From: Squalus acanthias
Lineage: Eukaryota
Direction of reading: 5' to 3'
Assembly (NCBI GenBank): GCA_030390025.1
Contig: JASTWF010000110.1
Span: forward strand, 496,001-560,000
Length of the DNA: 64,000 bases
The notes under the pieces were generated by a model that was not told where the DNA came from, ran no database searches, and saw nothing but the letters and a program-made list of their open reading frames with translations. The translations under genes and the position numbers were made by a program. Positions 1-9,988 of the stretch are shown here, piece after piece. The first letter of the stretch is position 1. Each line of letters opens with the position of its first letter.

Positions 1-808
1 GATTCTCGTATGTATGTTTTTTCAATTGTGTAAAATTGGCGGATTGGATCAATTGATTTCTACCAAGTTATTATTTAATGATTATAACATAGAATTACAT
101 ACAATTTACAGCACAGAATAGGCCATTTGGCCAAACTGGTCTAAGCCGGGGTTTATGCTCCTCACGAGCCTGTCCACAATCTATTTACTTCACCTCACCC
201 TAACAACATGTCCTTCTGTTCCTTTCTTCCTCATGTACTTATCTAGTTTCCCCTAAAATGCATCTATACTATTCACCTCAACTACTCCTTGTGGTAGCTC
301 GGTCCACATTCTCACCACTCTCTGGGTAAAAATGTTTCTCCTGGATTCTTTTTTTGGATTTATTATTGACTATTTCATTACTAGCGTCTCAAATACTGTT
401 ATTATGATCTGGAACACATTGTCTGAAAGAGCGGTGGAAGCAGTTTCAACCGTAAGCTTCAAAGGGGAATTGAATAAATACTTGAAAAGTAACATTTTGA
501 AGGGTTATTTGGAACTTGCATGGAATGGGGACTTAAATGGTAGCACTTTCAAAGAGCTAGTACACACACGATGGGCCGAATGACCGCCTTCTGTGCTGTA
601 TCAATCTCTGATTGTATAATTTCATGCTCTCTGACTGGTCCTTATGTATATTTTATCAAATTTATTCTTTGTTGATGCTGCAGGTATTTTGTGATTTCAA
701 ACTCCTGGGATGCTTTACAACCAGACTCCTGAGTAAACCCCTTTCTAAAGAAATCTAAGCTTTTTTATTCCTTTCTGAAACTGATTTATTGTTTTTAATT
801 TGTTGCAG

Positions 809-1558
809 CCTCTGGAAGCAATGTTACTGTGAGTGTCGGTCAGAGAGAAGTGAATGGGACCGTGAACCAGTCTGTCCTTCTCCCCGTCTCCTACTCCACA
901 CCCACTCCCTAGTCCTCTTTAAAGATAGAGTGGAGTTTAATTCCCACAGACACTCCATTAGTGACATTGACCCGATCAAACTGCTCTCCAGACCCTGACA
1001 GACCCGGTTATACCTGTTCAGATTACCAGGTGTTCGCTCCTTCCCACAGGGGGAGAGTCCACATCTACCCAGAGAATGGATCCTTGTTGCTGCGGGATCT
1101 GCAGCCCAGTGACAGCGGCGTGTATGTGATATCTGTTTACAGTGATGGGGACACAACCAGTAAAGGCAATGTGACGTTAACAGTCTATCCCGGGACAGGT
1201 AGGAATTCACAGGCTGATTATTTAACCCATTTAACCCTCAGTGCCCTTTGCTGATAGAGGAACATTATTTAACTGTTACTGTACTTGTCGCTTCGAAACA
1301 AGCTGAATATTGCCAGCAAATTGATAAAGAATGATTAAAGTCTCTTTTTGAATATAATCGGGTTGTTGTAAATGATCACATTTTTGTTGCAGGCACTGAG
1401 AATCCTACCCCGAGCTGCACAGAGCAAGCGGAGACCACCAGACAACCCCCCGACCACCACCACCCGCTCTCCTGCTCCGTGTGGTCATCTTTGGCGCTGT
1501 CACTGTGCTCGGGGCCTGCCTGTACTTGTGTGTGAGGCGGAGATACCGAGCGAAATGA
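809..1558 (+). pseudogene. IgV activating-type receptor family, copy 1 (pseudogene): V exon 809-1198, stalk/TM exon 1393-1558; leader exon lies upstream of the window
   Basis: Canonical ag/gt splice sites and a 390-nt V exon. In-frame TAG at 910-912 (TAC in most paralogues). Also a +2 frameshift in the CAC repeat of exon 3 (166 nt vs 164). Confidence 0.88.
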
Positions 1559-1674
1559 CAGCGGGAGAACTCCACCTACACCCGGAGATCGCGATGTCCA
1601 GGGGTGGGCAACGGTTAGAGAATTCAATCAATCGGAGGTCCTGCTGGACGGCAATAACTTCCTTACAATGTTTC

Positions 1675-2425
1675 AACAACAACAACAATAACTTATTTTT
1701 ATATAGCGCCTTAAACGCTTCACAGGATTGTTATAAAAAAATTGACACCAAGACACATAAGGAGATATTAGGACAGGTGACCAAAAGCTTGGTCAAAGAG
1801 GTGGGTTTTAAGGAGCGTCTTAAAGGAGGAGAGAGAGGTGGAGAAGCGGAGAGGTTTAGGGAAGGAATTCCAGAGCTTAGGGCCCAGGCAGCTGAAGGCA
1901 CAGCCACCAATTGTTGAGTGATTATAATCAGAGCTGCTCAAGAGGGCAGAATTCGAGGAGCGCAGATATCTTGAGGGGTTGTGAGGCTGAAGTCGATTGC
2001 AGTGATATTGAGGGGGAGGCCATGGAGGGATTTGAAAACAAGAATGAGAATTTTAAAATTGAGGTGTTGCTTAATCAGGAGCCAATGTAGGTCAGCGTGC
2101 ACAGGGGAGATGGGCGAACGGGACTTGGTGCGAGTTAGGACACAGATGACCTCAAGTTTACGTAAGGTAGAACATGGAGACCGGCCTGGAGAGCTTTGGA
2201 ACAGTCAAGTCCAGAGGTAACCAAGGCAGATGAGCTGAGACAGGGGCAGAGTCGAGTGATGTTCTGGAGATAGAAATAGGTGGTCTTAGTGATGGCACGG
2301 ATATATGGTCGGAAGCTCATCTCGGGTCAACTATGACACTAACGTTGCAAGCAGTCTTGTTCAGCCTCAGACAGTTGCCAGGGTGAGGGGTGGATTCGGT
2401 GGCTAGGGAACGGCGATTGTTGCGG
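1675..2425 (-). mobile_element. L2-clade LINE 3' fragment (degenerate ORF2 C-terminus plus (TTG)n tail), duplicated with the units
   Basis: Minus-strand peptides SFRPYIRAITKTTYFYLQNITRL... and ...HADLHWLLIKQ.LNFKILILVFKSLHGL are typical of the L2 ORF2 end. Homologues at ~6708-7460, 12055-12780, and shorter tails at 18266-18592, 24955-25282, 35165-35487, 42038-42368, 45288-45598. Confidence 0.8.
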
Positions 2426-3909
2426 GGACCTACATTATAACAGTGACTACACTTCAAAATACTTCCTTGGCTGTAAAACGTGAAAGGCGCTATAGAACTG
2501 CAAGTCTTTCTTTTTTGACCAAACTCAAACATTGCTGGGCCTGTTATTAGGGACAATTTATATAGATGACCAGCCTATGGAATCTGCTGTATTTTGTCCT
2601 CCATTCTGCATTATCTATTCTCATCCATTATTTCAGATCGGGAATAGGAACAGAAACTGCTGGGAATAACCAGCAGGTCGGTCTGTATCTGTAAAGGGAA
2701 ACGACAGGTGACTGGAATTCCCATGTGGATTCTCCCAATCTACTCCCATAACTTCGGCACAAACCCCAGAGAAATGGCGTAAGCAATGTTTTGTGCTGTT
2801 TCTCCGGGGTTTCTGCCGATCTCGCTTCGAAGTTACGGCAGTAGATCGGTATAACCACCTCCCCCCAAAAGAAACTTCTCCCCAGGGTAAACCTTTGAGT
2901 AAAAACCTGCTTCTGAATTGCAAATGGAACTCCAGCGTGCTCGATTCCAGCGTAACTGTGGCGATAGCGCCTCTTTGAATACCTCCGATGTGAATTCCTG
3001 CCTTGTGTCCTGCACACTGCGGTTGTGAGTTGCCTTTCCGACCACTTTGTCTTTTGTCCACAAGCCATTCACTCTGATTTGCACGGCCTGTTCTGTGAAA
3101 TGGGCTTTTCTGCAGCAGATGAGCTGAGACAGGGGCTGAGTCGAGTGATGTTCTGGAGATAGAATCGGTGGTCTCAGTGATGGCACGGATAGATGGTCGG
3201 AAGATCATCTCGGGGTCAAATAGGACACCAAGGTTTAGCCTCCGACAGTTGCCAGGGAGAGGGATGGAGTTGGTGGCTCGGGAATCAGTTATGCAACTCA
3301 CTGCTCATTAACCACACCGACTGTCAGTTGAGACACTGAGCTGCCGATTATACCGGTTACTTGTCCCTGTCTACAAGTGGACTTCAAGTAAAGATAATTA
3401 AAAATGATCTCTGATTTAATGCAGAGTGTGCTGAGCAAATTAAACCCGAGAGGATTGAATTCAGATTGAGTCCCGTCACTGCCAAAGGAACATTGAGACA
3501 CAAACAGCGGGCAAAGTGAGGAGGACAGAAATAATGGCTGGCTGTGGATAAATGTGTAAAGAAACAACTCGGATTTACACCTTTCACAACCTCAGGCCCG
3601 CACAAAGACTTTCACAGCCAATAAAGTGCTTTAAAGTGTAGTCACCGGTTACTGTAAGGAAATGCAGCAGCCAATCTGTGCACAGCAAGATTCCAAGAAT
3701 ACAAATGAGATAAATGACTAAATTGTATTTAGTGATGTTAATTGAGGCGCAATGTACAGAATTGAGATTTGATGTACCGAAATATTATAAAAATAGCAAT
3801 TATTGGACATGGGTAAAGGGCCAATTATTTTCATATAGAAAGAATTTGAAATCTTTAAAAAAAGTCAGTTTCAAACCCAAGTCAGAAGGAGATCAGCCCT
3901 GATGAAAAG

Positions 3910-3945
3910 CCGCGTCTGTCCAATGTAATCCCCGCCCTCAGCATC
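3910..3945 (+). promoter_or_regulatory. CCAAT box plus GC box (ccaatgtaatccccgccc) ~700 nt upstream of the ATG, repeated in each unit
   Basis: Motif pair seen in every spacer (e.g. ~8955, 13411, 16425, 21797, 27855, 32252, 38111, 47785). Conservation may merely reflect recent duplication. Confidence 0.25.
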
Positions 3946-4504
3946 TCTCCTGTCTTTTTGGTCTCTCCCAATAACCAAGCTTGGGGCATGAAATCTTACA
4001 ATAAATTATTGAAACTAAAAAAGGGTCTGTTCGATTTTATTATATGGACGAGATGAGGCCGCTTATTGAAAGCGGTGAAATGATTCATGAGACAGCAGCC
4101 GCCCCGGGGGAAAGGATCTCTCCGGGGCTCATGGAGCTGGGACTGGAGATAGAGATAGATGGGGATGGCGAGAGATGGAGATTGAGATGGAGATGGACCC
4201 AGGCCTGCTCAGGAAGCAATGGGTCAGTGTGCCTGGGGTGGTGGGATCTCTCCGGGGCTCATGGAGCTGGGACTGGAGATAGAGATAGATAGAGATGGCG
4301 AGAGATGGAGATGGACCCGGGCCCAGGCCTCTATCGGTCTGCACACTCTGCCAGTTATTTTACTGATACCTCAAACACACCCACTCGAGCTGCTTTTGAA
4401 GAAACTATGTTGAGTAAAGGAAAAATTCATTATTTTAATTGTATGATTTTTACATTTCTATGTTAATGATCTGATATTTTGTTATTTCGAATTGATTTTG
4501 AAAT

Positions 4505-4637
4505 AATTTCGCCACTTTGTTCTGGTCACTTCCGCTGCAAACCCAAACCCTGCATCACATGAGAAACTCTTCCTCCATTTCATTCAGTCCTGCTCGGTGT
4601 CCCGTTACTGTGATATCGGGGTGACCCGGAGCTCACT
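4505..4637 (+). promoter_or_regulatory. Putative proximal promoter of the receptor genes (copy 2 shown): ETS site CACTTCCG 4527-4534, E-box CACATG 4556-4561, PU.1-like CTTCCTC 4569-4575; no TATA
   Basis: Motifs lie 60-115 nt upstream of the ATG and recur upstream of most leaders. The ETS site and E-box persist even in the diverged terminal copy (~48918-48972). Confidence 0.4.
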
Positions 4638-6591
4638 ATGTGCAGGGAAGTAAATCTCTTTAAATTCACCAACATTTACCCTCTCGTCATTTATTTTATT
4701 TCCCTCTCCGGTAAGTTGTTTTCTTTCACTTCCAGTATAAATGTTATTCTATTTCTGAGTTCCCTTTGACTCTGTGTGACTTCTGCTGACTGTGTTTAAT
4801 CAGGGCTGGGGTTCAATCGCTCACTGATCTAAAGTGAATGAAGCTCAGCTCATTCCCGGAGATCTTCAGTCTCATTCAGTCGGGCTCCTGTGAACAGGTA
4901 GATTCCCGCTCACCATCTGCCCTCCAGTTACTGTCAAACACTGTGAGTCACCTGAACCTCTAACTGTAGCTGGGACTTATTAATGAATGAACTGATCTCT
5001 CACAAGTCTTTAATTATTATTTATTAATGTGTCAGATATTCTCGTGTGTATGTTTTATCAAATGTGTAAAATTGGCGGATTCGATCAATTGGATTTCTAC
5101 CAAGTCTTTATTTAATGATTATAACATAGAATTACATACAATTTACAGCACAGAATAGGCCATTTGGCCAAACTGATCTAAGCCGGGGTTTATGCTTCTC
5201 GCGAGCCTGCCCACAATTTATTTACTTCACCTCATCCTAACAACATATCCTTCTATTCCTTTCTCCCTCATGTACTGATCCAGCTTCCCCTTAAATGAAT
5301 CCAGACTATTCACCTCAACTACTCCTTGTGGTAGCTCGTTCCGCATTCTCACCACTCTCTGGGTAAAAATGTTTCTGCTGAATTATTTTTTGGATTTATT
5401 AGAGACTATTTCATTACTAGCGTCTCAAACACTGTTATTATGATCGGGAACACATTGTCTGAAAGGCCGGTTGAAGCAGATTCAACAGTAAGCTTCAAAG
5501 GGGAATTGAATATAGACTTGAAAAGGAAAATTTGCTGGGCTATTGGGAAAGAGCGCGGGAGGGGGACTGATTGGATCGCTCATTCAAAGAGCTAGTACAC
5601 GCACGATGGGCCGAATGGCCTCCTTCCGTGCTGTATGAATCTCTGATTGTATAATTTCGTGCTCTCTGACTGGGCATTTTGTTTATTCTATCAAATTTAT
5701 TCTTTGTTGATGCTGCAGGTATTTTGTGATTTCAAACTCCTGGGATGCTTTATAACCAGAATTCTGAGTAAAGCCCTTTCTGAGGAATTCTGAGCTGTTT
5801 TTTTCCTTTCTGAAGCTGATTTATTGTTTGTATTTTGTTGCAGCCTCTGGAAGTAATGTTACTGTGAGCGTCGGTCAGAGAGAAGTGAAGGGGACCGTGA
5901 ACCAGTCTGTCCTTCTCCCCGTCTCCTACTCCACACCCACTCCCTACTCCACTTTAAAGATAGAATGGTTTTTATTCCCCGGAGACACTCCATTAGTGAC
6001 ACTGACCCGATCAAACTGCTCTCCAGACCCTGACAGACCCGGTTATACCTGTTCGGATTACCAGGTGTTCGCTCCTTCCCACAGGGGGAGAGTCCACATC
6101 TACCCAGAGAATGGATCCTTGTTGCTGCGGGATCTGGAGCCCAGTGACAGCGGCGTGTATGTGATATCTGTTTACAGTGATGGGGACACAACCAGGAAAG
6201 GCAATGTGACGTTAACAGTCTATCCCGGGACAGGTAGGAATTCACAGCCTGATTATTTAACCCATTTAACCCTCAGTGCCCTTTGCTGATAGAGGAACAT
6301 TATTTAACTGTTACTGTACTTGTCGCTTCGAAACAAGCTGAATATTGCCAGCAAATTGATAAAGAATGATTAAAGTCTCCTTTTGAATCTAATCGGTTTG
6401 TTGTAAATGATCACATTTTTGTTGCAGGCACTGAGAATCCTACCCCGAGCTGCACAGAGCAAGCGGAGACCACCAGACAACCCCCCGACCACCCACCCGC
6501 TCTCCTGCTCCGTGTGGTCATCTTTGGCGCTGTCACTGTGCTCGGGGCCTGCCTGTACTTGTGTGTGAGGCGGAGATACCGAGCGAAATGA
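4638..6591 (+). CDS. Single-IgV type I membrane receptor, copy 2, intact, 208 aa; exons 4638-4710, 5844-6233, 6428-6591
   Basis: Leader MCREVNLFKFTNIYPLVIYFISLS|gtaag. V exon ASGSNVTV...VLLPVSY...KIEWFLF...NCSPDPDRPGYTC...RVHIYPENGSLLLRDLEPSDSGVYVISV...NVTLTVYPGT. Exon 3 GTENPTPSCTEQAETTRQPPDHPPALLLRVVIFGAVTVLGACLYLCVRRRYRAK*. Both introns phase 1; 73+390+164=627 nt. Confidence 0.9.
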
Positions 6592-9103
6592 CAGCGGGAG
6601 AACTCCACCTACACCCGGAGATCGCTATGTCCAGGGGTGGGCAACGGCTACAGAATTCAATCAATCGGAGGTCCTGCTGGACCGGCAATAACTTCCTTAC
6701 AATGTTTCAACAACAACAACAATAACTTATTTTTATATAGCGCGTTAAACGCTTCACAGGATTGTTATAAAAAAATTGACACCAAGGCACATAAGGAGAT
6801 ATTGGGACAGGTGACCAAAAGCTTGGTCAAAGAGGTGGGTTTTAAGGAACGTCTTAAAGGGGGAGAGAGAGGTGGAGAAGCGGAGAGGTTTAGGGAAGGA
6901 ATTCCAGAGCTTAGGGCCCAGGCAGCTGAAGGCACAGCCAACAATTATTGAGTGATTATAATCAGAGCTGCTCAAGAGGGCAGAATTCGAGGAGCGCAGA
7001 TATCTTGAGGGGTTGTGAGTCTGAAGTTGATTTCAGTGATATTGAGGGGGAGGCCATGGAGGGATTTGAAAACAAGAATGAGAATTTTAAAATTGAGTTG
7101 TTGCTTAATCAGGAGCCAATGTAGGTCAGCGTGCACAGGGGAGATGGGCGAACGGGACTTGGTGCGAGTTAGGACACAGATGACCTCAAGTTTACGTAAG
7201 GTAGAACATGGAGACCGGCCTGGAGAGCTTTGGAACAGTCAAGTCCAGAGGTAACCAAGGCAGATGAGCTGAGACAGGGGCAGAGTCGAGTGATGTTCTG
7301 GAGATAGAAATAGGTGGTCTTAGTGATGGCATGGATATATGGTCGGAAGCTCATCTCGGGTCAACTATGACACTAACGTTGCAAACAGTCTTGTTCAGCC
7401 TCAGACAGTTGCCAGGGTGAGGGGTGGATTCGGTGGCTAGGGAACGGCGATTGTTGCGGGGACCTACATTATAACAGTGACTACACTTCAAAATACTTCC
7501 TTGGCTGTAAAACGTGAAAGGCGCTATAGAACTGCAAGTCTTTCTTTTTTGACCAAACTCAAACATTGCTGGGCCTGTTATTAGGGACAATTTATATAGA
7601 TGACCAGCCTATGGAATCTGCTGTATTTTGTCCTCCATTCTGCATTATCTATTCTCATCCATTATTTCAGATCTGGAATAGGAACAGAAACTGCTGGGAA
7701 TAACCAGCAGGTCGGTCTGTATCTGTAAAGGGAAACGACAGGTGACTGGGATTCCCATGTGGATTCTCCCAATCTACTCCCATAACTTCGGCACAACCCC
7801 CAGTGAAATGGCGTAAGCAATGTTTTGTGCTGTTTCTCCGGGGTTTCTGCCGATCTCGCTTCGAAGTTACGGCAGTAGATCGGTATAACCACCTCCCCCC
7901 AAAAGGAATCGTCTCCCCAGGGTAAACCTTTGAGTAAAAACCTGCTTCTGAATTGCAAATCGAACTCCAGCGGGATCCATTCCAGCGTAACTGTGGCGAT
8001 AGCGCCTCTTGGAATAACTCCGCTACGAATTCCTGCCTTGTGTCCTGCACACTGCGGTTGTGAGTTGCCTTTCCGGCCCCTTTGTCTTTTGTCCACAAGC
8101 CATTCACTGTGATTTGCCCGGCCTGTTCTGTGAAATGGGCTTTTCTGCAGCAGATGAGCTGAGACAGGGGCTGAGTCGAGTGATGTTCCGGAGATAGAAA
8201 TCGGTGGTCTCAGTGATGGCACGGATAGATGGTCGGAAGATCATCGCGGGGTCAAATAGGACACCAAGGTTTAGCCTCCGACAGTTGCCAGGGAGAGGGA
8301 TGGAGTTGGTGGCTCGGGAATCAGTTATGCAACTCACTGCTCATTAACCACACCGACTGTTAGTTGAGACACTGAGCTGCCGATTATACCGGTTACTTGT
8401 ACCGGCCTACAAGTGGACTTCAAGTAAAGATAATCAAATGATCTCTGATTTAATGCAGAGTGTGCTGAGCAAATTAAACTCGAGAGGATTGAATTCAGAT
8501 TTAGTCACGTCACTGCCAAAGGAACGTTGAGACACAAACAGCGGGCAAAGTGAGGAGGACAGAAATAGCTGGATGTGGATAAATGTGTAAAGAAACAACT
8601 CGGATTTACACCTTTCACAACCTCAGGCCCGCACAAAGACTTTCACAGCCAATAAAGTGCTTTAAAGTGTAGTCACCGGTTACTGTAAGGAAATGTAGTA
8701 GCCAATCTGTGCACAGCAAGATTCCAGGAATAGCAATGAGAAAAATGATTAAATTGTTTTTGGCGATGTTAATTGAAGCAAATATGTACAGAATTGAGAT
8801 TTGATGTATGGTGATATTAAAAAATAGCAATTATTGGTCATGGTTAACGGGGCAATTATTTTCATATGGAAAGAATTTGAAAGCTTTTTAAAAAAAGTCT
8901 TTTTGCAAACCCAAGTCAGAAGGACATCAACCCTGATGAAAAGCCGCGTCTGTCCAATGTAATCCCCGTCCTCAGCATCTCTTCTGTCTTTTTGGTCTCT
9001 CCCAATAACCCAGCTTGGGGCATGAAATATTAAAATAAACTATTGAAATGAAAAAAATGGTCTGTTGGATTTTATTATATGAATGAGATGAGGCCGCTTA
9101 TTG

Positions 9104-9530
9104 AAACATAGAAACATAGAATCTAGGAGCAGGAGTAGGCCATTCGGCCCGTCGAGCCTGCTCCACCATTCAATAAGATCATGGCTGATCATCCAAATCC
9201 AGTACCCTGTCCCTGCTTTAATCCCCACAGTACACATATCCCACCCTACCCCCGTAACCCCACGTATTTAATTCCCCCTAACATATCCCATCCTATCCCC
9301 ATAACCCCACATATTTAATCCCCCCCTAATACTAAGGATCAATTTATCATAGCCAAATCAACCTAACCCGCACATTTTTGGACTGTGGGAGGAAACCGGA
9401 GCACCCGGAGGAAACCCATGCAGACACGGGGAGAATGTGCAAACTCCACACAGACAGTCACCTGAGGTCAGATTCGAACCCGGGTCCCTGGCGCTGTGAG
9501 GCACCAGTGCTAACCACTATGCCACCGTGT
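9104..9530 (-). mobile_element. HE1-like V-SINE with CR1(HER1)-derived 3' tail, private to the copy-3 upstream region
   Basis: tRNA-derived head (reverse of cacggtggcatagtggttagcac...gggttcgaatc), V-domain gtgtggagtttgcacattctccccgtgtctgc..gggtttcctccgggtgctccggtttcctccca, and tail (atgtttct)n. Absent from the other units. Confidence 0.85.
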
Positions 9531-9988
9531 GAAATGGTTCATGGGACAGCAGCCGCCCCGGGCCCTGCTCAGTGTGCCTGGGGCGGTGGGATCTCTCCGG
9601 AGCACATGGAGTTGGGGCTGGAGATAGGGATAGATGGAGATGGCGAGAGATAGAGATGGAAATGGACCCGGACTCAGGCCTCTGTCGGTCTGCACACTTT
9701 GCCAGTTATTTTACTGATACCTCAAACACACCCACTCGAGCTGCTTTTGAAGAAACTATGTTGAGTAAAGGCAAAATTCATTATTTTAATTGTATGATTT
9801 TTACATTTCTATGTTATTGATCTGATATTTTGTTATTTCGAATTGAATTTGAAATAATTTCGCCACTTTGTTCTGGTCACTTCCGCTGCAAACCCAAACC
9901 CTGCATCACATGAGAAACTCTTCCTCAATTTCATTCAGTCCTGCTCGGTGTCCCGTTACTGTGATATCGGGGTGACCCGGAGCTCACT

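Noticed and set aside
824-1210. Recurrent 128-aa antisense ORF (MNSYLSRDRLL...) and other repeated ORFs such as MRPLIESGEM... and MKIIAPLTM...
   Set aside because: Shadows of the V exon or of duplicated spacer/SINE sequence; non-ATG starts, variable frames and stops among copies.
1372-1917. 181-aa ORF as a long cytoplasmic-tail version of exon 3
   Set aside because: Wrong frame relative to the splice phase, arises from the copy-1 frameshift and runs into antisense L2 sequence.
4113-4320. GAGATA/GAGATG purine tract as a GATA enhancer cluster
   Set aside because: Low-complexity sequence of variable length and local duplication among units; no independent support.
4939-4945. CACTGTG heptamer in intron 1 (and in the TM exon) as a RAG recombination signal, implying rearranging V segments
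   Set aside because: No nonamer at 12/23 spacing, not adjacent to the V exon; the V exon already includes its G strand and ends in a splice donor; no D/J/C segments.
5844-6233. Assignment to Ig/TCR/IgNAR, NKp30, CD300/TREM or a specific gene symbol such as HEPACAM
   Set aside because: Canonical B/F cysteines, YYC and FGXG are absent; there is no C2 domain or long tail as in HEPACAM/SLAM. No symbol can be justified without a search.
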